DNA from: Bacteroidales bacterium
GTDB taxonomy: Bacteria > Bacteroidota > Bacteroidia > Bacteroidales > UBA3663
Reading direction: 5' to 3'
Assembly (NCBI GenBank): GCA_024694125.1
Contig: JAILKE010000024.1
Location: forward strand, 5,784-69,783
Length of the DNA stretch: 64,000 bases
Part shown: positions 62,353 to 64,000 of the stretch, in pieces
How positions within the stretch are numbered: position 1 is the first letter of the stretch
Layout: the number at the start of each line of letters is the position of its first letter
Notes under the pieces: model-generated
What the model was told of the DNA's origin: nothing
The model's database searches: none
What the model saw: the letters and a program-made list of their open reading frames with translations, nothing else
Position numbers and translations under genes: made by a program

Positions 62353-62846
62353 CATATCACTACACCATACAGCATCTTCACTTCCTCCATGACGAAGGTG
62401 CTCTCCAGGGAGCCGAGCATGGGGAGTTGACCCAGGACATTGAGCACAAATTCCTGGTAGTATTTCATGTCGGGGGACTGGACCTTGAGCAGGTAGTCGT
62501 AGTGGCCCGATATGTTGTAGCATTCAGTCACTTCGGGGATGTCGCGGATGGCGTCGCAGAACTCCTCCGCCACCTTCTTGTTGATGGGGGAGAGCTTCAC
62601 GCTGCAGAAGACGATGAAGCCGCGTTTCAGTTTCTCGGCATCCAGTACGGTGACGTAGCGCTTGATGTAGCCCTCGCGCTCCAGTCGTTTGACGCGTTCG
62701 AAGACGGGCGTGGTGCTGAGGTTGACGCGTTGAGCCAGCTCCTTGGTGGTCAGTCGGGCATCCTGCTGCAGGGCGCGCAGCAGAGCCAGGTCGGTAGCAT
62801 CGAGCGTCTCAATGTTCAGATTGCTGTAGTTCTTCATATCTGTCAT
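62352..62846 (-). CDS. Lrp/AsnC family transcriptional regulator
   Basis: LDATDLALLRALQQDAR, LSTTPVFERVKRLE and ECYNISGHYDYLLKV. Confidence 0.94.
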   Translation of the reverse strand: MTDMKNYSNLNIETLDATDLALLRALQQDARLTTKELAQRVNLSTTPVFERVKRLEREGYIKRYVTVLDAEKLKRGFIVFCSVKLSPINKKVAEEFCDAIRDIPEVTECYNISGHYDYLLKVQSPDMKYYQEFVLNVLGQLPMLGSLESTFVMEEVKMLYGVVI

Positions 62847-63180
62847 ATATGTTTTAGTCGGGTGCAAAGGTATATATTTTTTCTCAATTCACCAAGAAAA
62901 GCTGTTGAATGTCGAAAAATTTGTTACACGTTTCATCAAAAATACGCAATAATCTTGCGATTGTTCACAAATGGTATAAAATTAGCCAAAAATGCCGATA
63001 GAAACGGCTCTATGGTGGGGCCTATTTTGTGTCAGAAACTTACGCAATACTTGTAAATAAATGTAAATCAATAGAATAAACGATTTTGCTTCAGTGTGAA
63101 AAGAAAGGTGGAAAATCTTACCGAAAACAGGTGGAAAAATACGTAGTTGTACGTAAAAGTGTCATTTTTGCCTAAAATAA

Positions 63181-63591
63181 TTTGGAGGATTGAAATTTTT
63201 GCTATACCTTTGCATCGGAAATCAGAAATGATCTCCACCTTCAGCAATAGGTTGCCAACGGGCCAACCGCTATGATTTGGAAATACTACTACGTTAAATA
63301 TATATATGCTGAAGCAAATCTGGACTACGATGTACATTGACTTGTTTCAAGTACCGATCTAACCTAGATAATTTTAACATATAATTTTTTCATCGGGATG
63401 TACACTGTAGTTCAGATCTCTTTTTAATGGTCGTTTTAAAGTGTCTTAGAATACTTTTTAAGCATAAATACATTGAATATATTTCATTTTTGGGCATTTG
63501 GCAGTTTCTATTTGGAACTGCATGAAGATTTGGATTATTGAGAAATTGTTAGTGTTGTCCATCGGCAGGGATGCCGGTGGTCAACTTTTTT
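63181..63591 (+). ncRNA. Candidate small RNA / small-ORF transcript
   Basis: Consensus promoter TTTG(63181)-N20-TACCTTTG(63205-12) and terminator hairpin + T-run at 63554-63591. No long ORF between them. Confidence 0.45.
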
Positions 63592-63638
63592 AAACCAATC
63601 TCAAGATTTTTTTATCAATCGTTTTAGTTTTTTTCAAT

Positions 63639-63834
63639 CTCAAGAATTAGAGAACATTGCTCCAGGAGATTTAAAAAAACTCAAGAATTAGAGAATTAAG
63701 AGAATATCAGTCACGTTTGGAATTAATAAGAATTAGAGAACATTGCTCCAGTGTGATATTATATAATCTCAAGAATTAGAGAATTAAGAGAATATCAGTC
63801 ACGTTTGGAATTAATAAGAATTAGAGAACATTGC
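63639..63834 (+). repeat. 67-bp exact direct repeat (63680-63746, 63768-63834) plus a partial copy
   Basis: CTCAAGAATTAGAGAATTAAGAGAATATCAGTCACGTTTGGAATTAATAAGAATTAGAGAACATTGC occurs twice. Confidence 0.9.
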
Positions 63835-64000
63835 CCGGATAGTTCGTGTTGTGGTGGAGCGCCCCGCTTTCTATGTTAAAATCCAAACATTTTGACCAAA
63901 ATTTTTAGTTTTAAGCTGAAATTTTATACTTTGGGTCAAAAAACTGCTTATTTTTGACCATTGCAGTCAAAATATGGATGAGTTTGTTCTTGACATTATT

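Noticed and set aside
62163-63056. 297-aa plus-strand ORF
   Set aside because: Antisense to the Lrp gene and runs through hexamer repeats.
63639-63834. CRISPR array
   Set aside because: The 67-bp units are a tandem duplication with internal periodicity, not repeat-spacer architecture.

Overview
Chromosomal segment from a Bacteroidales bacterium (Prevotellaceae/Muribaculaceae-like). The assignment rests on TTTG-N20-TAnnTTTG promoters, type III glutamine synthetase, DapL, and secreted GH43 and BspA proteins. The left end (1-11.4 kb) is accessory DNA: a defence island (RloA-like ABC ATPase + RloB, SIR2 + HerA, a type III restriction gene remnant), then a BspA leucine-rich-repeat surface protein with a long structured leader. 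The middle holds TauE, an alpha-2-macroglobulin, rfbB/rfbA split by an inverted-repeat-flanked DUF559 nuclease cassette, an ABC-F protein and carbohydrate enzymes. After these come an ankyrin lipoprotein with transposase debris and a large nitrogen-assimilation cluster (glnA-dapL-dapF / pyrG-glnB-amtB-OMP-asnB-gltB-gltD). The right end carries an RND pump fused in frame to its outer-membrane factor, a GH43-CBM-GH43 enzyme, LytTR and Lrp regulators, and a candidate sRNA. The most unusual signals are non-coding: a polar composite intergenic element (11-mer array, GGGACGATACA anchor, small hairpin, 7-mer array) at five loci; a two-hairpin leader with complementary loops; a three-copy multi-hairpin REP-like element; and twin promoters sharing a perfect 35-bp inverted repeat 18 kb apart. 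I saw no rRNA, tRNA or CRISPR array. All calls are by eye; no searches or folding were run.
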